64,000 bases of DNA from Phycisphaerae bacterium. Its GTDB lineage: Bacteria > Planctomycetota > Phycisphaerae > UBA1845. The DNA lies in the NCBI GenBank assembly GCA_029260135.1, contig JAJDDV010000125.1:11185-75184 (forward strand), in the 5' to 3' direction. Under the pieces are notes generated by a model. That model saw nothing but the letters and a program-made list of their open reading frames with translations, was not told the DNA's origin and did no database searches. Both the position numbers and the translations under genes were made by a program. Below, piece after piece: positions 10,475-20,078 of the stretch (position 1 is the stretch's first letter; the number at the start of each line of letters is the position of its first letter).

Positions 10475-11866
10475 CTAAGACGGGATCAGCCCGGCCGTCT
10501 CTGAGACCGTCTCCGACAGCGTGGGGTGCGGATGAATCGTCGATGCCAGATCGAACGCGACCGCCCCCAGCTCCAGCGCCAGCACGGCCTCCGCGATCAT
10601 CTCACCGGCATGAACACCGGTGATCCCCACGCCAACCAGCCGCCCCGAGGATCTGTCACAGATCATTTTTGTCACGCCGTCCGTCCGCCCTAGAGAGACG
10701 GCCCGCCCCGACGCCGACCAGGGCGTCTTTTTGACAATGACGTCGAGCTTCTCTTTCTTGGCCTCTTCCTGGGTGCAGCCCGCCCAGGCGATCGCCGGAT
10801 CCGTGAAAACCACCGCCGGAATCGCACGCGGCTCGAACACGGCGTCCTTTCCCGCCAGCTGGTCCGCCACGACCGTGCCTTCGTGAAGGGCTTTGTGGGC
10901 GAGCATCGGATTGCCGATCACGTCCCCAATCGCAAAAATACGCGACGTCGTCGTTCGAAACGAACCATCGACCCTGATGAAGCCGCGATCGGTAACCTCC
11001 ACGCCGACCTTCTCGAGGTTCAGCTCCCCCGAGTTTGGACGTCGCCCGACCGCCACGAGCACGCTGTCGAACTTGGCCGTCTTCGGGGGATTCTTCCCCT
11101 CAAAGGTCAGCTCGATCTTGTCCTTGACCTCTTTCATGCCCGTGACCTTGGTATCCAGGCAGATCTCCGCGAAATCCTCATCGAGGCGTTTGGCCAGCGG
11201 ACGCACCAGGTCTCGATCCACGCCCGGGAGCAAGTTCGGCATCATTTCGACGACCGTCACCCGGGACCCCAGCGCCGCGTACACCTGGCCGAGTTCCAAC
11301 CCGATGTATCCGCCTCCAAGAACCAGAAGCGTGTTGGGAATATCCTTCAACTCGAGGGCCGTACGCGACGTCAGCACGCGCGGCGACTCAATCTGAACAC
11401 CCTTCAGCTCGATCGAACGCGAACCGGTCGCGATGATGCCACGCCGAAACTTGACCCGCGAAATCTCGCCGCCTGTAATCGTGACGTGCTTGTCATCCTC
11501 GAACCGAGCGACCCCCGTCACACGTTCAACCCCGTGCTTCTTGCACAGCGCGTCGAGACCGCCGACGAGTTTCGAGACAACGCCCTCTTTCCACGCGCGA
11601 ATGGCATCGATGTCGAGATTCGGCTTGCCGAACTCGATCCCCATAGCCTTGCTCGCGCGCGCCGCGTGAATCAACTCTGCGAGATGAAGATACGTCTTCG
11701 AGGGGATGCAACCGCGATGCAGGCAGACGCCGCCGAGACCGACCTCCGCATCGACGATGACCGTCGAAATCCCGTGGGACGCCGCACGAAATGCCGCGTG
11801 ATACCCGCCGGGCCCGCCGCCGATCACCAGCAGGTCGGCGTCTTGCGTGAACTCACCCATCACCAT
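10475..11866 (-). CDS. lpdA: Dihydrolipoyl dehydrogenase (E3)
   Basis: GGGPGG FAD motif, GGVCLHRGCIPSK redox disulfide, HPHPTLSE. Confidence 0.95.
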   Translation of the reverse strand: MVMGEFTQDADLLVIGGGPGGYHAAFRAASHGISTVIVDAEVGLGGVCLHRGCIPSKTYLHLAELIHAARASKAMGIEFGKPNLDIDAIRAWKEGVVSKLVGGLDALCKKHGVERVTGVARFEDDKHVTITGGEISRVKFRRGIIATGSRSIELKGVQIESPRVLTSRTALELKDIPNTLLVLGGGYIGLELGQVYAALGSRVTVVEMMPNLLPGVDRDLVRPLAKRLDEDFAEICLDTKVTGMKEVKDKIELTFEGKNPPKTAKFDSVLVAVGRRPNSGELNLEKVGVEVTDRGFIRVDGSFRTTTSRIFAIGDVIGNPMLAHKALHEGTVVADQLAGKDAVFEPRAIPAVVFTDPAIAWAGCTQEEAKKEKLDVIVKKTPWSASGRAVSLGRTDGVTKMICDRSSGRLVGVGITGVHAGEMIAEAVLALELGAVAFDLASTIHPHPTLSETVSETAGLIPS

Positions 11867-11969
11867 GAGAACTCGTCCCTTCCAACGACGAACGGCGGAC
11901 CGGCGCTTGGCCGGAAGTCGCCGGATGTCGTCGATGCGTTATCTGAATCTCGCCATACAACGCCACGGC

Positions 11970-13235
11970 TCAGTCCAAAAGAAACTTCGCCGGCATCTCG
12001 AGATAGCTGATAATCTCATCCGCGAATCGCGCGGCGTTCGCACCGTCCGTCACGCGATGGTCAAACGAAAGGTTGATCGGAAGAACCAGCGCCTTGGCCA
12101 CCTCGCCGTCACGGATGACCGGCATCCACCGAGATCGTCCCAATCCCAGGATCGCAACCTCGGGGTAGTTGATGATCGGCGTACTGACCGTACCGCGAAT
12201 CGCACCAATGTTCGTGATGGTAAACGACCCGCCCCGAAGGTCGTCGACGGCGAAACGGTTTCCGCGAATCTGATCCGCCAACGCCGACAGCGCCCCCGCG
12301 ATGCCCGTCAGGCTCAGCCGCTCCGCATTTCGTAGAACCGGAACCACAAGCCCCCGATCCGAATCGACGGCGATGCCCATGTTGACGTAGCTCTTGTAGA
12401 TAACCTGGCCGCCCTCCTCGTCGAAGCTCGCATTGAAGACCGGGTTACGCTGAAGCGCCAGACAAGTGGCACGAATGACGAACGCCATGAGCGTCAGCTT
12501 TGGGTCCCCGCCCGTCGTCTCGTTCAGACGGCGACGAAGCGCGTCCAGTTCCGTAACGTCCGCCTCATCCCCGTGCGTTACATGAACCGCCGTGAACGCC
12601 GAACGCGCCATTTGCGACGCAATCGTCTTGCGAATCTGGTTGAGCGGCTCGCGGCTGACCGGACCCCACTTGTCCGCACCAGCCTCACCGGGCAACGTCA
12701 CCTCCGCTCGAGCGCGGGAGGCCACCGGCGCCGCGCCGGGCGACGCGTCCGCCCTGGGGGAGGCGCTCTGCTCCACGTCGTCACGGGTGATACGCCCACC
12801 GGGACCACTCCCCTTCAATCGGTCAAGATCCACACGCAGCTCGCGCGCCAGTCTCCGAACCGCAGGTGCCGCAGGTGCCGTCGTTCGCCCCGGTGGAGGC
12901 GCCTCCAGAACTGCGGTCGCCGCGGTCCCCGTCGCCGAAGCGCTCTGCGCCTTCGCTTTGGCCGACGTTCCCACCGACGTCGCGGACGAACCACTCACCC
13001 CACCGTCGAAGCTGACGACGACGTCGCCGACGTTGACCGTCTGCCCTTCGCGAGCGAAGATCTCCTGCACAATGCCCGCATACGGCGACGGAATCTCGAC
13101 GGCCGCCTTGTCCGTCTCGACCTCCATGAGGTACTGATCTTCCTCGATCCGGTCACCCTCTTGTACGAGTACGCGAACGATCTGCGCCTCTGTGATTCCC
13201 TCACCAAGATCGGGCAGTTTGAATTCCCTCGACAT
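11970..13235 (-). CDS. pdhC: 2-oxoacid dehydrogenase E2, dihydrolipoamide acyltransferase
   Basis: Single lipoyl domain (ETDKA), peripheral subunit-binding domain (PAVRRLARE), catalytic DHRVTDG. Confidence 0.88.
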   Translation of the reverse strand: MSREFKLPDLGEGITEAQIVRVLVQEGDRIEEDQYLMEVETDKAAVEIPSPYAGIVQEIFAREGQTVNVGDVVVSFDGGVSGSSATSVGTSAKAKAQSASATGTAATAVLEAPPPGRTTAPAAPAVRRLARELRVDLDRLKGSGPGGRITRDDVEQSASPRADASPGAAPVASRARAEVTLPGEAGADKWGPVSREPLNQIRKTIASQMARSAFTAVHVTHGDEADVTELDALRRRLNETTGGDPKLTLMAFVIRATCLALQRNPVFNASFDEEGGQVIYKSYVNMGIAVDSDRGLVVPVLRNAERLSLTGIAGALSALADQIRGNRFAVDDLRGGSFTITNIGAIRGTVSTPIINYPEVAILGLGRSRWMPVIRDGEVAKALVLPINLSFDHRVTDGANAARFADEIISYLEMPAKFLLD

Positions 13236-13325
13236 TGCTCAGCTCCCAAGTGGGACCAGGATGAGACTGCAACTGCGGCCACGAACCGAAGCCGTCGCCG
13301 AATGGCGCGGACCGCGCGCTTCGAC

Positions 13326-14306
13326 TCAGAACGCCAGCACCTCGCGCGCCGCCTGGCTGATCCGGTCCGCACCTGGCAGAAACGCTCGCTCTCTCGCAAA
13401 ATACGGGAACTGCACGTCAAAACCCGTCACACGTCTCACCGGTGCTTCCAAATACAGCAGCGATTTCTCCACGATCCGAGCCACCACCTCAGCCCCGATC
13501 CCACAGGTCCGCGGCCCCTCGTGAACGACGACCGCCCGTCCGGTCTTCGCGACCGAGTTCGTGATCGTCTCGGTATCCAGCGGCGAAACCGTTAGCAGGT
13601 CGATCACCTCGACCGAAACGCCTGCGCTCTCCGACAAATCGTCCGCCGCTTCCAAGGTCGGACGCATCATCGCCCCATAGGCAATCAACGTGATGTTGCT
13701 GCCTTCTCGAACCACCTGCGCCTTCCCCAGCGGCATCGTCTCAGGCTCCTCCGGAACCTCTTCCTTGAACGCGCGATAGGTCGCCTTGGGCTCGAAGAAG
13801 ATCACCGGGTCGGGATGCCGAATCGACTCCAGCAGAAGTGCCCGGGCGTTCCTCGGCGTCGACGGAATCACCATCTGCAGTCCGGGCGTATGGGCGAAGT
13901 AGGCCTCGCGACTCTCACTGTGATGCTCGAGCGCCCGGATCCCGCCGCCATACGGCATACGAATCACCATCGGCATCGAAAACCGGCTCTGCGTGCGATT
14001 GCGAAACCGCGCAACGTGCTGCTCGATCTGATGAAACGCCTGGTACGAAAAACCGGAAAACTGCATCTCCGCCACCGGCTTGAGACCGTACAACGCCAGA
14101 CCCACCGCACCACCGACAATCGCCGCCTCCGCGAGAGGCGTGTCGATCACGCGCTTCTCGCCATACCGCTTGAGCAGATCCGCCGTCACACGGAACACAC
14201 CCTCGTCCTGCCCGACGTCCTGACCGAGAACCACGACCGCTTCATCCGTACGGAGAGCGTCGTCCAAGGCCATGTTCAACGCCGTGACCATGTTCATCGA
14301 TGCCAT
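13326..14306 (-). CDS. pdhB: 2-oxoacid dehydrogenase E1 beta subunit
   Basis: GVFRVT, DTPLAE, EMQF, EHHSES motifs; start taken at MASMNM (14306). Confidence 0.9.
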   Translation of the reverse strand: MASMNMVTALNMALDDALRTDEAVVVLGQDVGQDEGVFRVTADLLKRYGEKRVIDTPLAEAAIVGGAVGLALYGLKPVAEMQFSGFSYQAFHQIEQHVARFRNRTQSRFSMPMVIRMPYGGGIRALEHHSESREAYFAHTPGLQMVIPSTPRNARALLLESIRHPDPVIFFEPKATYRAFKEEVPEEPETMPLGKAQVVREGSNITLIAYGAMMRPTLEAADDLSESAGVSVEVIDLLTVSPLDTETITNSVAKTGRAVVVHEGPRTCGIGAEVVARIVEKSLLYLEAPVRRVTGFDVQFPYFARERAFLPGADRISQAAREVLAF

Positions 14307-14310
14307 GCCG

Positions 14311-15417
14311 TTAACCTCGCCCCTCGCCGCTCGTCCAGCCCTCACGCTCGAGCGCCGCCTTGAACTCTTCCCGCTGCTCGACAAGCTCCGCCGGAAGCTG
14401 GGCATAGTTGTTCGGAAAGGCGTCCAGCGGATCCGGTGTCCCCAGCGCCTCATACCGTTCCACAGCGCCAGCCACCTCTGCGATCACATCCGCTTCAATC
14501 TCGTCGATCAACTTCTGATCGAGGATGCTGCGCTTCTTCAAATACTTCTGATACCGGATGATCGGGTCCAGCTTCTCCCACGGCTCGACTTCCTCCGCGC
14601 TGCGATACTTCGTCGGGTCGTCGGCCGTCGTGTGAACCGTCATCCGATAGGTCACCGCCTCGATCAACGACGGTCCGCCGCTCGCCTTGGCCTTGTCTAC
14701 CGCCTCCTTCGTCCCGACGTAAACCGACAGAGGATCGTTGCCGTCAAGCTGCAACCCGTCGAACCCGTAAGCAATCGCCTTCTGGGCGATCGTCTCCGAC
14801 GCCGTCTGCCGCTCGCGCGGAAACGAAATCGCCCAATGATTGTTCTGCACCAGGAAAATGACGGGGAGGTGATACGCGCCGGCGAAGTTCATCGCCTCAT
14901 GGAAGTCCCCCTCACTCGTTCCCCCGTCGCCGCAATAGCAGAGAACCGCCCGATGATCGCCGCGTAGCTTCATCCCCCACGCAATCCCCATCGCGTGCAA
15001 CGCCTGCGAGGCGATTGGAACCGCGATCGGTGTGTCGTTGACCCCCTCCGGCGGGCGACACCCCTCCTCGTAACCGCCCCAGAACATCAACACCGTCTCG
15101 AGAGGCCAACCCCGATGATAGAACGAACCAGGCTCGCGATACGCATGGACGACCCAGTCTTCCGCCTCCATCACGAAAGACGCCGCACAATGAGCCGCCT
15201 CCTGCCCGCGACACGGACCGTACGTCCCGATCCGCCCCTGGCGCTGCAAGGCGATACAACGCTCATCCAAACGGCGAGCCAGCAAGATCAACCGGTAAAG
15301 GTAGAGCGACCGATCCGCATCCAGCTTCGGATCCAGCGCCTCGTCGACCTCTCCCGAACTGTCGAGAATCGACAGATACTCGATCTTCTGTTTTGTGGTG
15401 ATGGACTTTCGCGGCAA
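14311..15417 (-). CDS. pdhA: 2-oxoacid dehydrogenase E1 alpha subunit (pyruvate or branched-chain)
   Basis: LQRQGRIG, GQEA, TPP motif GDGGTSEGDFHE..QNN, HTTADDP; TTG start with RBS. Confidence 0.9.
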   Translation of the reverse strand: MPRKSITTKQKIEYLSILDSSGEVDEALDPKLDADRSLYLYRLILLARRLDERCIALQRQGRIGTYGPCRGQEAAHCAASFVMEAEDWVVHAYREPGSFYHRGWPLETVLMFWGGYEEGCRPPEGVNDTPIAVPIASQALHAMGIAWGMKLRGDHRAVLCYCGDGGTSEGDFHEAMNFAGAYHLPVIFLVQNNHWAISFPRERQTASETIAQKAIAYGFDGLQLDGNDPLSVYVGTKEAVDKAKASGGPSLIEAVTYRMTVHTTADDPTKYRSAEEVEPWEKLDPIIRYQKYLKKRSILDQKLIDEIEADVIAEVAGAVERYEALGTPDPLDAFPNNYAQLPAELVEQREEFKAALEREGWTSGEGRG

Positions 15418-15633
15418 CGTTGAGTCCCTTTTCCTCTATAAAAACGAAGCGGCCTGACGCCGCCTAACCCCATACTCCCAGAAGCCCGGGCACCCATTGT
15501 ACAGACGAGAATCGATCTGGGTAGCCTCCTCGAAGTGCCCGAGACCACCCCCGCAGAACGGCACGACGACGTACGAAGTACCGTCGCACCCTCGGCCAAT
15601 CATTCTCTGACGCGATATCGGGCGCCGCCCCAA

Positions 15634-17958
15634 TCAGCCAACGGCGCCGATCACCTGGCGGATGTCCTTGACGATCCGGACCGTCGTCGCGCGAAGCTCG
15701 GCCTTCCTGGCGATTAAAGCCTCGCGCGAAGGACGCCCGCCGAAGAGCTGTACGTGAAAACGCAACGCGTTCGACGTCCCCGAAGGGCGAATCGTCAGGT
15801 GCGACTGACGCTCTTCGTCGAAGAAGAACCGGTATCCCTCGTCTGGGAAACCCTCCCAGTTCACCGCATCATATTTGCCCGTTCGATACGCCACAGTGCC
15901 CTTCACCGGCAAACCACCCAGCTCGAGCCCCGCCGTGCTGCACGCGTCTTCCGCCTTGTTGAGAATGTTGCGCTTCTTCGTGTACCCCGCCAGCCCCTCA
16001 TACTCGCCGTCGATCGGGTCGGGTTCGTAAAACGAAACATACAGGCCGATGTCCGGATCGAGATAAAGCTTCTCGTCAGCCAGATCCAGCAGGTTCGTGC
16101 CCCGCTCCTTCGCGTACGCCGCCAGCTCCGCAACCAAAAGCGCCGCGAACGTGCCGTCCTTGTCGCGAACGTGACCGCCGCCGCCGAGCGATCGCCCATC
16201 CACCGGAACATCCCCCAGCAGCGAAAACCCGTTGCTCTGCTCCAGGGCAGCCACATTGAAACAACGCTGCCGATCCTCCATCCCCTCCCACGAGTGGAAC
16301 GTCCGATTGCAGACGAGATCGCCGGAATTTCGGCACCCCTCTTCATAGAACGGCAGCTTGCCGCCTTCCGTCAAACCATCCGTATCCCGCCCCTGGTGCA
16401 AATCCCAAACCGCACGCGTCCCCGCGGCAAGCTGGGCAAATCCGACCCACGTCTTGAGCACACCCAACCCATATTTCCGTGCGATCCGCGGCAGCAAATC
16501 GGTCGTTGTGTGCGAGAGAACGATGAACTTCTTCTCAACGTCACTCACCGACCCCGTCTTCTCGACTTCGTGCTGAAGGCGATACCACAGAATCAGCGAC
16601 CAGACCTCGTCCGCCGAGAGCAGCGAATAGTCTCGCGGCTCACCCGTCCCAGGATGCGGATACGCCACCCGCTGGTGCTCCGGTACCTTCACGATGACCC
16701 CGCACCGATCCGCGTCCGGATCCGTCCCGATGATAAGGTCAACCGCATCCCACTCTCCCGGATGCTCCTCTTTGAACGCGTTCACCGCGATGTCCGCCGC
16801 ACGCCAGTCACCCGGATCCGGCTGCTGCTCGCTCCCTGGATCACTGCAAAACGCCGGAAACATCCCGTCCAGCGCATCGAGCTTCATGATGCGATGAACG
16901 TTCTTGAACCCCGCCTCACCGAGAAGCCGCGGAACCGCCTTGCGCCCCGAACCGTTGAACGCCGAGTACCCGATCGTCAGCGGCTTGGAAGCCTGAGTGA
17001 TCATCTCCGGCTGCAGCAGAAACGTCCTGCAGTGATCCGTGTGCATCGTGTTCAGGTCGATGATCCGATGCTCCCGACCGGCGTACACATCGCCGACATC
17101 AGGCAATGGCGCCGCAAGCGGTAAGCCCTTGTGCTCGCCCGTCTCGATCACACGCCCATCCGTGCTTCGCACGCCACCGAGGAACCAGAGCTTCTCTTCC
17201 GCTGCATCGCAGAGCCGAAGCAGCTTGATGTCCTTGAACTCGACCTGAGTGATGAAATTCTTGTACAGATCAGCCCGCTCCGCCGGATCGAACTGCGAAC
17301 CATTCTGACAGGAGAACTTGTACCCGTTGTACCGAAAGTCGTTGTGGCTCGCCGAAATGAAGACTCCCACGTCCGCCTTCAACGTCGGAACGGCATACGT
17401 CACGCTCGGATACAGACACGCCTCGTCAAACAGATAGACCGTCCAGTCATACGCCAGAAACAGGCTCGCAATGAGACGAGCAAAATCGCTCCCCCGCACG
17501 CGACTGTCGAAACCAATGACGACCTTCGTCAGCGGTGGCGTGCGCTGCTTCCCATACTTCGCCGCACCGGTCGACGTCAACAGGTAAATCACGTCGTTGA
17601 TGGTGTTGGGGCCCTTGATGATCGGTGCGTGGATCCCCTCTTCCTTGAGACGCAGAATCACGTCACGCGACGCACCCATCTTCTCACGAATGCCTCCCGT
17701 CCCAAACGCCACATCTCGCGAAAATGCGTTCGCCAGCGCAATCCACTCCTCCGCGCGGATGGCCTCACGCAACCCCTCACGAAGATTCGGTGAGATCGCA
17801 TCCAGTTCCTCCGCCATCAACCATTTTCGGAGATTCGGAATCGTCTTCGCGACCGCGTCCTTGTAGTAGTTCCCGGCGATCCGGCCCGCGTCGCGCTCGT
17901 CAGACAGGTACCGCTGAATCCCTGCGTCAGCCTGCTGGAGCAGCGTTTGATCTTCCAT
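15634..17958 (-). CDS. Phosphoglucomutase/phosphomannomutase family protein with insertions
   Basis: FGTGGIR, phosphoserine loop SASHN, metal loop DPDADR, VRDKDG, RPSGT; start uncertain (17958 chosen). Confidence 0.85.
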   Translation of the reverse strand: MEDQTLLQQADAGIQRYLSDERDAGRIAGNYYKDAVAKTIPNLRKWLMAEELDAISPNLREGLREAIRAEEWIALANAFSRDVAFGTGGIREKMGASRDVILRLKEEGIHAPIIKGPNTINDVIYLLTSTGAAKYGKQRTPPLTKVVIGFDSRVRGSDFARLIASLFLAYDWTVYLFDEACLYPSVTYAVPTLKADVGVFISASHNDFRYNGYKFSCQNGSQFDPAERADLYKNFITQVEFKDIKLLRLCDAAEEKLWFLGGVRSTDGRVIETGEHKGLPLAAPLPDVGDVYAGREHRIIDLNTMHTDHCRTFLLQPEMITQASKPLTIGYSAFNGSGRKAVPRLLGEAGFKNVHRIMKLDALDGMFPAFCSDPGSEQQPDPGDWRAADIAVNAFKEEHPGEWDAVDLIIGTDPDADRCGVIVKVPEHQRVAYPHPGTGEPRDYSLLSADEVWSLILWYRLQHEVEKTGSVSDVEKKFIVLSHTTTDLLPRIARKYGLGVLKTWVGFAQLAAGTRAVWDLHQGRDTDGLTEGGKLPFYEEGCRNSGDLVCNRTFHSWEGMEDRQRCFNVAALEQSNGFSLLGDVPVDGRSLGGGGHVRDKDGTFAALLVAELAAYAKERGTNLLDLADEKLYLDPDIGLYVSFYEPDPIDGEYEGLAGYTKKRNILNKAEDACSTAGLELGGLPVKGTVAYRTGKYDAVNWEGFPDEGYRFFFDEERQSHLTIRPSGTSNALRFHVQLFGGRPSREALIARKAELRATTVRIVKDIRQVIGAVG

Positions 17959-18241
17959 GGTGGACAAGCGGCTTTCTCCTTCTGTCATCACCGAGTGACA
18001 CTTCGAGGAACTCATCGTGGGGGTACTCCTCTCGAGAATTCGGCACCCTAGCTGCTGCACCGATACCGGTCAACGGACACGCTAACCACCAAAACTCACC
18101 CTGCAATCCGCGCCGAGACACCGCGCGAACCGACATCCTAGTCTGGTTATCGGCACCTGCTCGATGCGACCTGTGAACGCGCGGGAGGATTCATCGGGTA
18201 ACGCGGTGAACGAGCTTGCCAGCCGCGAATGTGCTACACCA

Positions 18242-19387
18242 TCACGGCGAAAGCGCCGTCTGCATCGCCAGAACCGCGTACGCCGTGACCAGGTGAGGGT
18301 TCCCCTCGTACCAGCGGTCCTCGTCGTTCACCCAGCTCCCGTCCGATCGCTGCAGCGAAAGAAGCTTCCGACACAACTCCACGCGCCAGGCGTGCGAGGT
18401 CTGCTCCGCGTCGACGATGGTTTCCTCTCCCCAGGCACGCATCGCCCGTGCAAAGACGTGATAGTAATAATACAACCCCTGCTTCGATTGCGCCGAAGGC
18501 ATGTTCGGATTGTGATCCAGCGTGTAATGACGCTTGATCCACGCCACCGCCGCCTTCACCCGACCGTCATCCCGGTCGACCTTGGCGTACAACAGGCTCT
18601 TGAAGCCCGAATACGTCATCGAACCGTAACTACGAAGCCTCGGTCGACCCTCGACCAACTCCGTACCCGCTTTCGACTCACCCGCGTTGACCGGCGTGTA
18701 GACGAACCCGCCCTCATCTCGCCCGTCCGCAAACCCCTGATCGTTCGTCGCGTCCAGGTTTTGACACCGCGAAACGAAAACCAACGCCTTGCGATACGCC
18801 GGATCATCCGCATCCAGCCCGCTCTGATGAAGCGCCTCGAGCATCAACTGCGTGTTGGATAGATCCGGACGCTTGTGCTGGCCGTACCCCTGCCCGCCGT
18901 ACCACGAACTCGACGCCTCATGCCCCTCGCCCCCGTCCCACTGGATCTTCCTGAGAAAGTCCTTGGCGTTGCGAATCGTCTTCGAATGCGCGGGATCCTT
19001 GATCGCCGCCAACGCCATCAACGCCACGCTCGTGTGATAATTCCGCATCCCCTGGTCGGGAACGTAAATCCCTCCGTCCGGCTGAACATGCCTCAACAGA
19101 TAGGATAACCCCCGCTGCACCGCCGGATGCTTCGCGCCGTACGCCTCGTCCTGAGCGAGCGCTTGGATCACCATCGCCGTGATCGCCGGGTGACCCGATC
19201 CAAACGCCTCCCACGCACCTTCGGCATTCTGCGACGCGACGAGATACCGCAACGCCTTGTCGACGCCTTCATGCGCCTGAGTTCGAGTAACGAGATCCAG
19301 TGAAGACGGATGTTGAGAAGAAAGGGAAAGCGAAGGCCAACCGCAAAAGGTAAGCCAGAGAAACAATGTGGGCCAGGTCGTCCACAT
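18242..19387 (-). CDS. Secreted prenyltransferase/squalene-cyclase repeat (alpha/alpha toroid) protein
   Basis: Signal peptide-like N-terminus; QW-type repeats QNAEGAW, QPDGG, QRSDGSW. Confidence 0.75.
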   Translation of the reverse strand: MWTTWPTLFLWLTFCGWPSLSLSSQHPSSLDLVTRTQAHEGVDKALRYLVASQNAEGAWEAFGSGHPAITAMVIQALAQDEAYGAKHPAVQRGLSYLLRHVQPDGGIYVPDQGMRNYHTSVALMALAAIKDPAHSKTIRNAKDFLRKIQWDGGEGHEASSSWYGGQGYGQHKRPDLSNTQLMLEALHQSGLDADDPAYRKALVFVSRCQNLDATNDQGFADGRDEGGFVYTPVNAGESKAGTELVEGRPRLRSYGSMTYSGFKSLLYAKVDRDDGRVKAAVAWIKRHYTLDHNPNMPSAQSKQGLYYYYHVFARAMRAWGEETIVDAEQTSHAWRVELCRKLLSLQRSDGSWVNDEDRWYEGNPHLVTAYAVLAMQTALSP

Positions 19388-19448
19388 GGCCGGGGTCAGT
19401 CCGCTAAGCTGCGCGCGTCGTTGCCTTCGTTATGGGCGGCAGGCAGGA

Positions 19449-19766
19449 TCAAACCTCGATCGACTCGATCTTCAACTGAAGGTACTTCTGCCGATGTCCC
19501 TTCTTGACCGAATAGTTCTTGCGACGGCGGTGCTTCTGAATGACCAGCTTGTCACCCTTCAGCTCGCCCATCACCGACGCTTTGACCTTGGCACCCTCGA
19601 CAACAGGCTGACCGAGCTTCGCGCCATCATCGAGCCCGCCCACAAACAGGACGCGATCGAATTCGAACGTCTCAGCCCCATCAGCAAGCGCCTTGCGCTC
19701 GACCTCGATAATCTGACCCTCCTCGACCCGATACTGGTGAGAGCCGTCACTGACAATGGCATACAC
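19449..19766 (-). CDS. rplU: 50S ribosomal protein L21
   Basis: MYAIV..G.HQYRV, KHRRRKNY..KKGHRQ. Confidence 0.96.
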   Translation of the reverse strand: MYAIVSDGSHQYRVEEGQIIEVERKALADGAETFEFDRVLFVGGLDDGAKLGQPVVEGAKVKASVMGELKGDKLVIQKHRRRKNYSVKKGHRQKYLQLKIESIEV

Positions 19767-20078
19767 GATTCAATTCTCCGCCGATCCGTATCCCGCAGGT
19801 CAATTCCCGTCCAAATCCTCGTCAGCAAGCCCGCCCACGGGGAACACCGCGCCACCCGGCGCCGAGCCCAATATTTTGAACGACATGACCAGATCCGTCA
19901 AGATGTCCAGGACGGAGGACCGCAACGATGCGCGTAGCGTGTATCCGAGAGGGCGCAGAGAGGCTCGAAGCGATGGTTTGTGGCCCTGAATGAACGCCAG
20001 GCAAATCGCTCAGCGCACCAAGAAAGCTCAGATGCGGAGCCACAAAACCACGTGGCAGCCCCGAAAGTGGGTTTTTGA

